A stretch of DNA of 64,000 nt, taken from Macrostomum lignano. Taxonomy: Eukaryota. Made by a program: the position numbers and the translations under genes. Below, piece by piece: positions 1-13,700 of this stretch. Location of the stretch: positions 1-64,000 of the forward strand of contig NIVC01003555.1 of the NCBI GenBank assembly GCA_002269645.1, given 5' to 3'. Below the pieces are notes generated by a model. It had not been told where the DNA came from, did no database searches, and was given only the letters and a program-made list of their open reading frames with translations. The stretch's first letter is position 1. Every line of letters begins with the position of its first letter.

Positions 1-360
1 GACAGGATAATATGAGGCAGGATGAGGAGACAGGATGAGAGGAGATGAGAACAGAGATGAGAGGAGATAGGATGAGATAGACAGGATGAAGGAGACAGGA
101 TGGGATTAGACAGGATGGATGAGACATGATGAGATAAAAAGGCATTAGATGGACATTATGAGATGAGACAGGATAAGGGAGACAGGATGAGATGAGACAG
201 GATGAATGAGACAGGATGAGATGAGACAGAATGAGATAGACAGGATGAGGGGAATGAGATGAGGCAAGATGAAATGAGATAGGATGGGATGAGACAGGAT
301 GAGATGAGACAGGATGAGAGGAGACAGGATGAGAGGAGACAGGATGAGATGACAGGAAGA
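1..360. repeat. Degenerate GAGAT/GACAG-rich simple repeat (REV3L intron)
   Basis: Repeated gatgagacag/gatgagat units. Confidence 0.85.
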
Positions 361-431
361 TTAGACCGTAGATGACACCAAGCTAAGCAGGTCAGTGATG
401 GGGCAGATAAGATTCTGCTCCGCCCACTCAC

Positions 432-3400
432 GCAGTTGGCCTCGGGCTCGCGCCGTTCCTGTGCTGCTGCTGATGGGGCAGCAGGCGGTACCTGGACAGC
501 AGTTGAGCATCGGCAGGCCGCCTCCGCCGGACTCGGCGGCCCCTGCAGCTGCTTGGCCCGGTCGATCAAGTAGCCCCAGGAGGCCCGTTGGGTGTCGAAT
601 CCCAGCACGATGTCCGGGTCAGCACATCGCACAGTGTCGGCCAGGGCCTCCAGCAGCGCGGCCTCGTCTCGCAACAGCCTGGAACGCGTGGCGGCCGAAG
701 CGAATCCGCGAATCCGACGGTCGGCTCGGCGTCTGTGGCGGCGACGAAACAGGCAGTGCTGGCGCCAGGCGGTCGGGTTGGCCTCCGACGCATCGGCCAC
801 CGTCAGGAAGGCGGCCACGATGGCGTCGTGCCGCGGATCAGGAAGCAGCCCCGCCGTGCCGCGGTGGCCACCTCCAGCGAGGCCAGCGTCAGGCCGTCGC
901 CGACGACCGCGGCGGTGGTGGCGGCGGCAGCGGATGTCGACATTGAAGTCGAGGAACTTGACATCGCTGAAGTCTCCGATAGGGACCGGCGGACCTTCGC
1001 TTTGATCCGCGCCAGCAGCTCCTTCCGGCCGATGCCGCCGATAGCCGCCGCTGGCCGAGGTAGGCGCGATGGCTTGACGAATTCGACACCGTATCGAAGG
1101 CGTCGTCGACGGTGGCTTCTGCGGCGGCGGTGGCGGATTCCGCAGCAGGTTTAGCCAACTTGTCGGCGGCGGAGGCTGCGGCGGCCTTCAAGGACGGGCG
1201 ACCAGGTCTCTCGATGGCGGGTCGATCAGCGGCCGGTAGCGGAGCAGCGGGGCGGTTGACGTCGACATCGACACCGACGCGCGGCAGCCAGCGCCGACGC
1301 CCGGTCGAAGCTGGCAAGGCCGGCCACGCGACCGCCAGACTGTCGAACTGGCGAAGGTCGTCGACACCAGCGGCGTCGGGTCGGAGCGGCGGGTTGCGGC
1401 AGGGGAACAGGCCGAAGCTGTCCAGAGAGTCGGCGACCTCGGAGGCCGTCGGCGGGGCGACCAGCGGCGCGTAGACGTGCGCCATCGCCGGCTGGCGCTT
1501 CGGCAAAGTGCTGGGGCGGCTCTGGCGAGTTTGGTCCCAGCAGATGCTGAGTGTTTGATGAAGCCTGATTTGACCTGCTGGACTCGAGCCGCTGCTGATG
1601 CTGTTGCGTGGAAGTCGGCAGTCGCTGACCCGAAGTGGTGAAACTGGCGAGTTCGAGTGACTGCGAAAAGATGAGGCTGGACGCTGACGATGGAGACTGA
1701 GTCGTAGCGGGTTGAGGAGGGAGCGGTGGCGGCGATGAGGGAGGCGGCTGCGAAGGCGGCGACGGGCGGAGACGGAGGTGCGACAGACCTGCGCTTTCCA
1801 GCAGCATGGGCCTGCGGGTGGTACGGGTGGGTGAGAGTGTGCAGTGGGTGGGTCAGGGTGTGTCCAGTGGGTGGGTCAGGGTGTGTACAGTGAGTGGGTC
1901 AGGTGTGTACAGTGGGTGGGTCAGGGTGTGTACAGTGAGTGGGTCAGGGTGTGTACAGTGGGTGGGTCAGGGTGTGTACAGTGGGTGGGTCAGGGTGTGT
2001 ACAGTGGGTGGGTCAGGGTGTGTACAGTGGGTGGGTCAGGGTGTGTACAGTAGGTGGGTCAGGGTGTTTACAGTGGGTGGGTCAGGGTGTGTGCAGTGGG
2101 TGGGTCAGGGTGTGTACAGTGGATGGGTCAGGGTGTGTACAGTGGGTGGGTCAGGGTGTGTACAGTGGATGGGTCAGGGTGCACAGTGAGCGGGTGTTAA
2201 AAGAGTGTTCGGGTGCGCACACTTCGATATCCCTCACCACAGCTGCTCACCTGCCTGAGAGGCCGCTGCCGCTGCCGACGCGAAAAGCCACGGGCTTGAA
2301 GGCTTTCGACGAGACGGTCGGACCAGGCGGCGACTTCGAGGACATCGAAGATGCCGCCGCCGCTGACCCCGCAGCCGGCCTCGAAGCCATGGAGAGGCCA
2401 AGTCGGCGGCCGCGCCTGGCCGGCGGCGGTGGTGGCGGCTGCGGCGCGCGTCCTTGCCGCTGCCTCGCCGACGACCTACAGGGCGACTCGTCGAAGTCGC
2501 CATCATCATCGCCGCCGCCGGCGCTGCTGCTGTCGTCCGATGACGACAGCGCGCCGTCCAGCTGAGGCGGCCCGCTGATCCCGGCCTCATCTCCAGCCTC
2601 CTCATCCTCATCATCTTCGTCATCGCTGTCGCTGCCGCCGTCGAAGGCCACGGCCAGCACCGAGTCCTGCTCCTCCAAGCGGACAAACTGCAGCAGCGTG
2701 GCTGCGTCCAGCTGGCCTGCAGCCTCCTCCGCTTCATCTCGATGCTCATCTTGCTGCTCCTCATCTTCGTTGTCATCTTCGTAGTCCTCAACGGCGAACA
2801 GATCCCGCTGGGAGTCGTTGAGCTCGGCCTCGACCTGCGCCGGGTCTTCGGCGGCAGCGGCAGCACCGCCGACCTCCTGCGAGGAGCTCGGCGATCGGAC
2901 GAGGAACTCGTCCAGCATCCGCGAGGCCAGCTCCTCGCAGGTGGCTTCGGAGTCCGCGCTGTCGGCGTCAGCAGCATCGCGGTCGCTGCCGTCGCTGCTG
3001 TCGGAGGAGTCGGCAAGAAAGCTCTGGCTGCAGGCGACCACCCGGTCGATACTGGCGCGACTCACCAGCGGCGGCGGCGGCTGCTTCGGAGCCTCATCCT
3101 GGTCGGCGGGCGGGACAGGCGACCCAGGTGACTCCGCCGACTCGGTGCTGTGGTCGACGACCGGCTCGGTGTCGACAGAATTCGCGCTGCCGTTTAGGAA
3201 GTCGTCGACATCCTCTGAGAAAATGGAGATGGGGATTTGCTTGGGTGGGGAATCGCTCAGACTGCCGAGGACTCAAACTACTGCCAGAGCTAAGAAAAAA
3301 CGAACCTTCAGTGAAGCTGACCACCTCGGCATCAAACTCGGCGACCTCGGCATGCGACGGTGCATCTGCGAGCTCTCCAAGGCCCGACTTGACATCGGCG

Positions 3401-4559
3401 ACCTGAGCTCCCTCAGCTGTCTCTTCGGCCGGGGCCTCGTCCTCGAACCCGGTGGCGTTGATGAGGCCGCGCTCCTGCAGGAAGCGCCGGAATCGGCGCC
3501 GCCATTTGTCTTCGCTTTCAGTGGGCTCCACGCCCTCCCGGTCCGGCGAGTCCGGCGCTGCCACCCAGGCGCGGGCGGCACCCGCCGTGGATGTCGATGC
3601 TGACGACGGAGGCGATGGCGGCGTCTCGCCAAGGAGCTCCTGACGTCGCTCGATTTCTTCCTCCCAGAGGGCCGTCAGACCGGGATTCGAACCAAGGTTG
3701 TCTGGTTTTAGTAAAAGAAATGGGTCGGAAAAGTCCAGTCGGTGGGTCAGGAGTCGGGTGATTGTCGACAGATCAGGAAATAACTGATGGGTCGGCGATG
3801 CAGCAATAGGTCAGAAAAGATGGGGCAAACGGTTCCGTGGGTCAACTGGTAGAAGATGAGTCAATGGGTCAGAGGATGAGTCAATGGGTCAGAGGATGAG
3901 TCAATGGGTCAGATGATGAGTCAATGGGTCAGATGATGAGTCAATGGGTCAGATGATAAGTCAATGGGTCAAATATTGAGTCAATACCGGTAGGTCAGAT
4001 GATGAGTCAATGGGTCAGATGATGAGTCAATGGGTCAGATGATGAGTCAATGGGTCAAATATTGAGTCAATGGGTCAAAAGCACTCCAGCACTCGAGTCA
4101 ATGTAGGCTTTGTAACGGGTAAACGAGCAGAATAACCCATAAATCTGGTTCAAGCCAATGGAGGGCCGTTGCCACTTGGCCAATCAGGAAGGCTCACCGT
4201 CCACCTCCAGTCTGTTGAGAATGTCAACAGCCGAGATGTCCACCTCCACGCGGCAGTGCGTGGCCGGCGGGGCGGGGCTGGGGTCGGCCGCCTGACCGGG
4301 ACAGCCCTCGGCCTCCGGTTCCTCGTTGGCCTCTTCCTCAGCGTCTGAGCCAAGGCAGCCGCGCCTTCTGGCCACCGAGGCGTGGAGGAAGTTCATGCCG
4401 TACAGGTTGAAGTCCATCAGGAACTGGGGAGGGCGGTTGGGGTTTGGGGAGTTCAATTTGAACAGCAGGACTCAGCCATTTGGAATGATTTTTGGAGTGC
4501 CTCAACAGACATGCAGTAGCGCTGGACAGACAGGTAGACAGACAGACAGACAGACACTA

Positions 4560-4628
<69 letters not shown>

Positions 4629-5526
4629 CTCTGACAGACAGAAATTTTGAGTAGCCCTCCAAGTAACTTGAAACCGGTACAAATGCACTTTAGGTTACAA
4701 AAAAGTCACCCACCTGCAAACCGAACGGAATATGCGACTCGAAAGGCTGGCATATCTTGTTCATTACGCTGCCTCCTAAGAGCAAATCGGCGGCTCTGAA
4801 GATCGAATAAATAAACCAGCTATGCTACTTAACAGGTGCGAAAACAAGTAGCATAAAATTTCGCGCACAAGACTTACTTTTTGACCATCTTCGGATTGAA
4901 CATGTGAATCTTCATGAACTCAGACTCGTTGGCATGGAAACCGTAAAATGATCTGGACAGAAATTTGAGCGGCAGTTTTGAGCTGTTATTGAAGCTATCA
5001 AATTGCTGTTATTAAAGCTGTCAAATTTCTGCTATTGAAGCTGTCAAATTGCTGTTATGGAAGCTGTCAAATTGCTGTTTTTGAAACTGTCAAATTGCTG
5101 TTCTCGAAGCTGTAAAGTTTCAGTACCCTCAGACCCCCAAAAACTCAATAAGTCACAGCACAGCGAGTGTCACCTGCCCAGCACCACATTGATGCAGAAG
5201 ACGTGCATCACAGTCGAGCTGCTGCTCCGGCGAACCGCAATGTTGATGGCCTTGTCCAAGCTTGCAGCGAAGGCCTTCAGAAAGTCCGCACGCGGCCCGG
5301 AGCAGCCCTCGAACGGCACGTAGAAGTAGGGGAAAACTCCATGCACGTGGGTGCAGCACTTCCGGCCGGCCGGGGTGGACCCGAACACCCGCAGCACGGG
5401 AACTCTGCTGCACTGGCCTGACCGGAAGTCCGAGTAGGTCACGTCCAACCCGGAGACTGGCTGCTCCATTGCTGTCTCCAGGGAGACGATCCGCATTGAG
5501 AAGGCGGAGGCGCCGGCCGGAGACAT
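432..5526 (-). CDS. REV3L: DNA polymerase zeta catalytic subunit, 5' portion; the gene continues past the left edge. Exons: 5526-5174, 4952-4878, 4795-4714, 4423-4198, 3701-3306, 3214-2251, ~1811-432. The last of these carries several apparent frameshifts.
   Basis: The spliced translation MSPAGASAFSMRIV...VPVLRVFGSTPAGRKCCTHVHGVFPYFYVP...GRSFYGFH...FMKIHMFNPKMVKKAADLL...QPFESHIPFGLQFLMDFNLYGMN...NPGLTALWEEE...TESEDKW matches the REV3 N-terminus. LTLASLEV...PDPRHDAI and DEAALL...DPDIVLGFDTQRASWGYLIDRA match the inactive exonuclease region. The first six exons have GT-AG boundaries with consistent phases. Confidence 0.93.
1816..2190. repeat. ~23-bp G-rich minisatellite GTGGGTGGGTCAGGGTGTGTACA
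   Basis: Direct tandem copies inside a REV3L intron. Confidence 0.95.
3850..4078. repeat. 19-bp minisatellite GATGAGTCAATGGGTCAGA
   Basis: Tandem copies in a REV3L intron. Confidence 0.9.
4527..4640. repeat. (GACA)n microsatellite
   Basis: Direct reading of the sequence. Confidence 0.95.
4975..5120. repeat. ~21-bp minisatellite GAAGCTGTCAAATTGCTGTT
   Basis: Degenerate tandem copies in REV3L intron 1. Confidence 0.8.
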
Positions 5527-5825
5527 GGCTGCTGCCGGGCAAGACCGGGCAGTAACAGACAACAGGTGCCGCTGTTGCTAGGGGCCGAGCTCAACTCCTA
5601 CTAGCAACCCCGCCCCTCAGTCCGAGATGAAACTTCTGTCTCTACCGCGACGTGTCCTGTGCTATGCAGGAGTTGGCTGAGATTGCATTGTCAACTCTCT
5701 CTGAGTTCAGCTTCTCAAAATAAATAAATGGAATTGAACGAATCGTTCAGATACACAGACACAGGTAGCCAGATGGGGTACTTGGATAGGGATAATAGAC
5801 AGACAGAAAGTAGGAGGCAGACAGA

Positions 5826-5827
5826 AG

Positions 5828-5858
<31 letters not shown>

Positions 5859-5867
5859 TGATAGATG

Positions 5868-5906
<39 letters not shown>

Positions 5907-5922
5907 GGATAGATAGATAGAC

Positions 5923-5990
<68 letters not shown>

Positions 5991-6059
5991 GGATAAATAG
6001 ATAGATAGATGGATAGATAGATAGATAGATAGATAGATGGATAAATAGATAGATAGATG

Positions 6060-6116
<57 letters not shown>

Positions 6117-6281
6117 TAGATAGATAGATGGATCGATAGATGGATAGATTGATAGATAGATAGATAGATAGATGGATCGATAAATAGATGGATAGATAGA
6201 TAGATAGTAGATAGATAGATGGATAAATAGATAGATAGATGGATAGATAGATAGATAGATAGATGGATCGATAGATAGATG

Positions 6282-6320
<39 letters not shown>

Positions 6321-6337
6321 GGATAGATAGATAGATG

Positions 6338-6376
<39 letters not shown>

Positions 6377-6421
6377 GGATAGATAGATAGATAGATAGAT
6401 AGATGGATAGATAGATAGATG

Positions 6422-6452
<31 letters not shown>

Positions 6453-6470
6453 GGATAGATGGATCGATAT
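5826..6470. repeat. (GATA)n/(GATG) microsatellite, ~640 bp
   Basis: Direct reading; explains the SIYL-repeat ORFs. Confidence 0.97.
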
Positions 6471-6959
6471 ATGCACAGCCTACGCAAACAGCACAAGCGC
6501 AACAAAGGAGAGAAGAGCAGCGAGTCCCAGCGGCTTATTAATAGGCCACAGCTCAACACTGCGGCAGTGCAGGACAACGGGGCTCCATGCGGAGCAGGCC
6601 TTCGTATTGGACCATCATTTATTTCGCGCTTTGCTTTGCAATTCGTGTCAGTCACACCTTAAATTTGAAATTAAAACACTGCTAAGCAACAGAGTTTTCA
6701 ACAGCAGATGAGCAAAGGCGAGTCGTCGGCAGGACGCGCGGTCGGGGCAGTCATGGGGAAGTTTGCACTTAATGGTCACCGTCACCGCAGGCGGAGGGGC
6801 GCGAATGCTTGCTACAGGTAAACAAGAAATAATGGATAGTAAAAAATATAAAAAAACCACGGCATCACTGAGGCAGCCGACACCTGGCAATGCTGACCGC
6901 AGCCCCCAGCTCAGGCGGGAGGCACCCCAGCCAACACAGGTAAAATAGGAAAGAAGTAC

Positions 6960-7200
6960 TGACTCTAGACAACTCAAAACCGACGAGATGTCGTGGTAAA
7001 AGTCACCAAAAAGTCGTCCAAGATTCAAGAGTCTGGGGCGTACACTCGCGGTAGAATCACTGAGAATTGCGTCTGAAGCACATTAGCGTCACTATATTGA
7101 CAGAATCGCTAATACTCATGGACGACTTTTTGTGACTCTTTTACAATCCCGCAACTCACGTGATGCGCTCGCGACTCAACTGACTGACAGAAGACAAGCC
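6960..7200. mobile_element. Partial copy of a dispersed GACTC/GAGTC-rich non-autonomous repeat, related to 50620-51110
   Basis: gacgactttttgtgactcttttacaatcccgcaactcacgtgatgcg (7130) vs gacgactctttcgcgactcttacaattctacaactcacgtgacgcg (50950). A second shared block, aaaaccgacgaga...ccaaaaagtcgt, is also present. Confidence 0.65.
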
Positions 7201-7778
7201 AGAGCGATTGCGATAAAAAACCATTATCGATTATCACACACGCGCTATAATCAGCGATGAAGCGAATAAACACGAAATCGGACAAAATTATATAAGGCAA
7301 TTTTGCGTATAATGCTACTAGCCAAATCGCAGCTGAGTAGCATATCGCTTAGCAAGTTCAGAGAAGGAAAATTCGAAGTTCAGTTCAGTATGCATGAATT
7401 ATGAGCTCTCCGATGGAAGACGGCAACTTCAGTTGCACAGCTAAATAGCATGAACTGAATTTATAGAAAAGCACAAGCTAAATATGAATCAAAAATCTAT
7501 TATTTATGAATCAGGCATGCTGTAACTGTCATGTACACGCAAAAAACGGAATAGATAATCAGAGAAAGTTGAGGATCAGGAAAAAGAAATAGACAAATAA
7601 AAATTTGCCACAGGAATGTACACACACAGGATTAAATTAGCATCTTATCTTCGTTAAAAACAACACCACCCCCAGTGCAGTCTGACTGACTACTGAAAGT
7701 AGCGAGGAAAGAGCAGAAGAAAACTGGCGAGCGCGAGGCGGGAGAGAGAAGGGGAGGCTGCGCTGGGGCGGCCCGTCA

Positions 7779-10700
7779 TCACTTGTCGGACTTGACGCTG
7801 CCGTTGCTGAGCGACGCCATGGGGATCCGGTTGCTGTTGTGGTCGGCCTTGGCGCCGCCGTCGCCCGCACCGCCGCTGCCGCCGCCCAGGCTGGGGTCGG
7901 AAGCGACCCGCCTGCTGTACACCGTGTCCTCTTCGTCTGAGCTCAGGCTGAAGCTCATGCGGCCGCCGGACTCGTTGCCGTTGTTCAGCGGGGCGTAGAA
8001 CACCTGCGGGTTGGGGCGGCCGGCGTCTCTGTGCCTGGCCTGAACTGCTGCCTGGCCTCCATTATACTTTCTATCCCAAGCATTTCAATCACCTACTCTC
8101 TCCCACTCGCCCTTTCCTTTAAGCAAAAACAACCCGAAGCACCAATCGGAAGCACCAAGAACACGACCGGAAGCACCAAGGACACAACTGGAAGCACCAA
8201 GGACACAACTGGAAGCACCAAGAACACAACCAGAAGCAGCAAGAACACAACCGGAAGCACCAAGAACACAAATGGAAGCACCAAGAACACAAATGGAAGC
8301 ACCAAGAACACAAATGGAAGCACCAAGAACACAGCCGGAAGCACCAAGAACACAACAGGAAGGACCAAGAAACTCAGCCGGAAGCACCAAGAAACAACCG
8401 GAAGCACCAAGAACACAACCGGAAGCAGAAAGAACACAACCAGAAGCACCAAGAACACAACCGGAAACACCAATAACACAGCCGGAAGCGCCAAGAACAC
8501 AACAGGAAGGACCAAGAAACTCAGCCGGAAGCACCAAGAAACAACCGGAAGCACCAAGAACACAACCGGAAGCAGCAAGAACACAACCGGAAGCACCAAG
8601 AACACAAATGGAAGCACCAAGAACACAAATGGAAGCACCAAGAACACAAATGGAAGCACCAAGAACACAGCCGGAAGCACCAAGAAACAACCGGAAGCAC
8701 CAAGAACACAACCGGAAGCAGAAAGAACACAACCAGAAGCACCAAGAACACAACCAGAAGCACCAAGAACACAACCGGAAACACCAATAACACAACCGGA
8801 AACACCAATAACACAACAGGAAGCACCAATAACACAACCGGAAGCACCAATAACACAACCGGAAGCACCAAGTAGACCACCAGAAGCATCATAAACACAA
8901 CCGGAAGCACCAATAACACAACCGGAAGCACCAAGTAGACCACCAGAAGCACCAATAACACAACCGGAAGCACCAAGTAGACCACCAGAAGCACCAATAA
9001 CACAACCGGAAGCACCAAGTAGACCACCAGAAGCACCAATAACACAACCGGAAGCACCAAGTAGACCACCAGAAGCACCAATAACACAACCGGAAGCACC
9101 AAGTAGACCACCAGAAGCACCAATAACAGAACCGGAAGCACCAAGTAGACCACCAGAAGCATCATAAACACAACCGGAAGCACCAAAAAGACAACCGAAA
9201 GCAGCAGAAGGCCTCCAATTAAGAAATATTCCTCTCACCTTATCCCTTGACCCGCCGCCGCCAGCCATCATAGCCGCAGCTTTCCTCAGCCGGCGAACTT
9301 TGCTGCCGCTGCCCGTCCGCAGGTGAGCAGCCGCAGCCGCAGCGCTGGCCCGCCGATAGCGCAGGCAGCAGTACAGCAGCCAGACCGCGGCGCAGAAGCC
9401 CAGCAGGCTGATGGTCACCCCCAGAGACACGTACACCACCGACCAGTCGCAGTTGGACTCGCCGTCGCCGAATCGAACACGCAGCGGATTCTCCATCCAG
9501 AAGGAGGCGCAGACGCACTGTCTGGTGGAATTGTCGCAGTAGCCCCTGTCCGAGCAGCCCAGCTGGCAGACCTCGGTGTGCAGCTCCAGCACCGGGAACT
9601 CCAGCAGGGTGGCTGGCAGCCGGCGCTTCAACACGGCGGCCAGCCGAGGTCCCGGCAGGTAGGTGCCGTTGGCGAAGCCGGCCGACAGGCGCATGACGAT
9701 GCTGGCCTGCCTCGGCCGCAGACCCAGCAGGCGCAGGTTGCAGCCGGGGTGCGGGCCGCGCAGAGTCAGCTGCATCTGCGACATCAGGTTGGACAGGTCC
9801 GACTGGCGCAGCGCCGACGGGTCCGCCCGAAGCTCAAGGCTGGCCACCGAGGCGGCGTGCGGCCAGGGCCGGACAAGGATGGCCGCATCGGCAGTCCCGG
9901 TGGCGCCTTCGGAGTCCTTGACGGTCAGGCGGAAACTGTAGCGGCCGGGCAGCAGGCCGAGCAGCAGCAGGCGGGGCGACGCGTCCGAGCCGTTCAGCAC
10001 CTGCCCGACGGCCAGGGAGACGTCTTGCCTGCGGCGGGTCGGAGGCGGGGGTCATTTAAGGTCAATTAGCGCTGGAATGAGGTCTATCTGGGGTCATTCT
10101 TCACTTTCTAAGAAATCAGGTCACTCATTCTATCTGAAAAATGAGGTCATCTGGGGTTACTTTAAGGGATAATCTAGAGGTCATTCTGAGTTCAGCCTAC
10201 ACTATGTAGGTATAATGGGGTCATCTAAGGTCGCTGTCCGACCTCCGAATAGCCAACAATCCCCGCACGGCGCACCTGGTCCACTTGTATTCCACAATGC
10301 CCTTGTCGTCCCAGCTCTTGGAGGCGTCAAGCGCAACCAACGTAGCCCCGGTACCGTCCATGTCGACAACCCGATCGCCACCGGCATCGGCCTTCGGCGC
10401 CTGATTGGGGCCCGGCTTGACCGTGACGGTGACTACCGCCGACCCGACGCCGCCGTCCAGATCGACAGCCTCGGCTCGCAGCTTGTAGACTCCGGCCTGC
10501 AGGTTGGTGAGGGTGACGCTGGGCTGGGTGGCGTTGGCCAGCTTGGCGCTGCCGGGGCCGGTCAGCAGAGTCCAGCGCCACGACTTCACGCCGGTGTCGT
10601 CAACGGCGGACGCGTTCAGCACCAGACGGGTGAGCGGCAGTTCGACCTGAAATTTCATAGCGTTGGGTGGCGCATAGCCTTCTTAAATTTGTAAATCTCG

Positions 10701-13700
10701 TACTTTTGTGAATTTTGCGTACTTTAGTGCATTATAAGTACTTTTGTGCATTTAATGTACTTTTCTGCATTACATGTACTTTTGTGACTTTGTGTACTTT
10801 TGTGCTTCATATGTACTTTCGTGAATTTTTGTGTAATTTTGTGCATTATATGTATTTTTTGCATTATATGTTCTTTTGAGACTTTTGCGCATTATATGTA
10901 CTTTTGTGAATTTTGTTTACTTTTGTGCATTACATGTACTTTCGTGAATTTCGTGTACTTTTATGCATTTTATGTACTTTTGTGCATGTTTGTTTTAAAC
11001 TCTAAACATGATTTTGACCATTTTTTGCATCGTTCCTCCCACCCGATCCATCGAATGTACATCTATACATCCCATGTACATTATAACCCTTGTGTATATC
11101 CTAATATACACTGTACATTCTAAGTAACTGGTTTACATTTTAGTTTAAGCAGATACAATGAAATCACTGACGCCAACTCACAGTCAGCTCTGGGGGCAGC
11201 AGTGTCACCACTGGCAAAGCATTCTTAGGCCTGCGTTTAACCAGCACGTTGACGGTTGCCGAGTCCGTCTGGCCGCGGGCGTCAGTGACGGTCAGTTCGA
11301 ATGCGTAATCGCCTTCGACTAGGCCGGACAAGTGCAGGACTGGCGTGTGCACTCCCTACGGTGGGGTGGCGGGGAGTCGTCAAGTGCTCTTGTGTGAGCT
11401 TACTAGGAATTAGAAAGTGCTTTGAAATATTTTAACGGAAATGGGTAATGTAAAAAGGAAGTTGGTTTTTTATCAGCCTAAATACCGGAAGGTGGTGCTT
11501 TGAAGGCCTAATCTAAAGGCTGGAAGTCGGTGCTTTAAATGCCGGAAGTTGATGCTTTAAAGGCCGGAAGTTAATGCTTTAAATTCCGGAAGTTAATGCT
11601 TTAAATGCCGGAGGTTGATGCTTTAAATGCCGGAAGTTGATACTTTAAATGCCGGAAGTTGATGCTTTAAATGTCGGAAGTTGATGCTTTGAAGGCCGGA
11701 AGTCGATGCTTTAAATGCCGGAAGTTGATGCTTTGAAGGCCGGAAGTCGATGCTTTAAATGCCGGAAGTCGATGCTTTAAATGCCGGAAGTTGATGCTTT
11801 AAATGCCGGAAGTTGATGCTTTAAATGCCGGAAGTTGATGCTTTAAAGAGCCCAATCTTAAAACCGGAAATCGATGCAATAAAATTGCGTAATTAAATGA
11901 CCGGAAGCTGGTGCCACAAGGGCAAAATAAACGATCCAAATCAAAGCAGACAAACTGCCTACCTGCATATCGGCGCTAAGATGGCTGCCCCCTTTCTGCC
12001 GCCACATATAGCTGACAATGCCGTGATCATCTGTGCTGGCATTGCCGTACAGAGTGATGTTATTCTGAGGCAGGTAGATGACGCTGCTCTGGCCAGCGCT
12101 GGCCTTGGGCTTGTCGTCCGGCTCGGGAATGACAGTGATGTTTGCCGTGGCCGAATCGCTCAAACCTTTGGCGTCCTGCACAGTCAGTCGGATCACGTAG
12201 AAGCCGGCTTTGAGGTTGTTTAACTGGAGGATCTGCTGGTCCTGGGAGACGCTGTGCAAATCCTGGGCCGTCAGCGGGCCGTCCACCACCTGCCAGTGGT
12301 AGGACTCGATCTTCTGGTCTCCGTCAACGCTGCCGCTGCCGTCCAGGATGGCGTTGTTGGGCAGCTGGATGGATAAGGAGGCCGGTTTGATCACCGCCTT
12401 TGGCGGCTTGCTCTTGTGCTTCGCCGGTTTCACCGTTACCATGACAACGGCTTTGCCAACGCGATTCGAATCCGTGTTGTCAGTGACGTCGACCTGCGAG
12501 TAATCGGGAAAGGATTTGCACACACATGAGCGGATGTAGATACGAGTATAGAGGATTGGCACACAACTGACCGGAAGTGGATATAGAGGATTGGCACACA
12601 ACTGACCGGAAGTGGATATAGAGGATTGGCACACAACTGACCGGAAGTGGATATAGAGGATTGGCACACAACTGACCGGAAGTGGATATAGAGGATTGGC
12701 ACACAACTGACCGGAAGTGGATATAGAGGATTGGCACACAACTGACCGGAAGTGGATATAGAGGATTGGCACACAACTGACCGGAAGTGGATATAGAGGA
12801 TTGGCACACAACTGACCGGAAGTGGATATAGAGGATTGGCACGCAACTGACCGGAAGTGGATATAGAGGATTGGGACGCAACTGACCGGAAGTGGATATA
12901 GAGGATTGGCACGCAACTGACCGGAAGTGGATATAGAGGATTGGCGCGCAACTGACCGGAAGTAGAGATAGAGGATTTGCACAAAACTGACCGGAAGTGG
13001 GTTGAGGATGCGCGCACTAACGACCGGAAATGGGTTAAGGAATTACACTAATGACCGGAAGTGGATACAGAGGATTTAACACTAATGAACGGAAGGTGTG
13101 GATAGAGAAACTATTCATTACGCGCTGAAACTAGCTAATCTACTAATAGTAGACTAATAAGTAGCAATTGTTTATTTTTCCTGTCTCTAAGTGAAAAAAT
13201 ATGTATGTAATAATTCTTCACAGTTAATCCTTTCGAGACTCGCGCAAGTTTGAGTAACTCGGTTTAGGAAAGTGGGGAAAAAGAAACACTTCAGTGAACG
13301 GAGACTAGGGGTAGAAATTGTGCAGCATTGCATAGCTGGGGCACGCAAACTATTAGAACTGCAACAGCGAGGAAGCCTTATAACTACTGCCCACCCCCAC
13401 ACAAGCAGCCAGTTAATTAATTCTTTAGCGCCAGAACGGAATGAGCCAGTTGTTAAAAGTGCACTCAACTCAGAGAGTCAAGTCGCGTCCTTGACTTCAC
13501 TATGTGGCGAATATTAAATAGTGGCCAGTATTGAAACTTTATTGAAAAAACTTGAAAGCTTCAGCAGTTAGAAAAATGACAACACACGCCGTACAAAGTT
13601 AGAGAAATTTCTACTTATAAAAATTGAATTAATAAACTCTCCATTTCAGTGGGCCAGTTTCAAATGCCAGATCAGTTTGAATTTGATCGAATCCACAGGT

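Noticed and set aside
395-3643. Plus-strand ORFs overlapping REV3L, and antisense ORFs over the other GC-rich exons
   Set aside because: These are shadow ORFs caused by high GC3 on the coding strand.
5577-6950. Possible non-coding 5' exons of REV3L (acceptor-like CCCCTAG at ~5578; exon-like segment 6660-6815)
   Set aside because: Plausible, but splice-like motifs occur on both strands here and cannot be supported without transcripts.
11480-13065. Regularly spaced repeats resembling CRISPR arrays (also 41350-42580 and others)
   Set aside because: Units are head-to-tail with no unique spacers, there are no cas genes, and the context is eukaryotic intron DNA.
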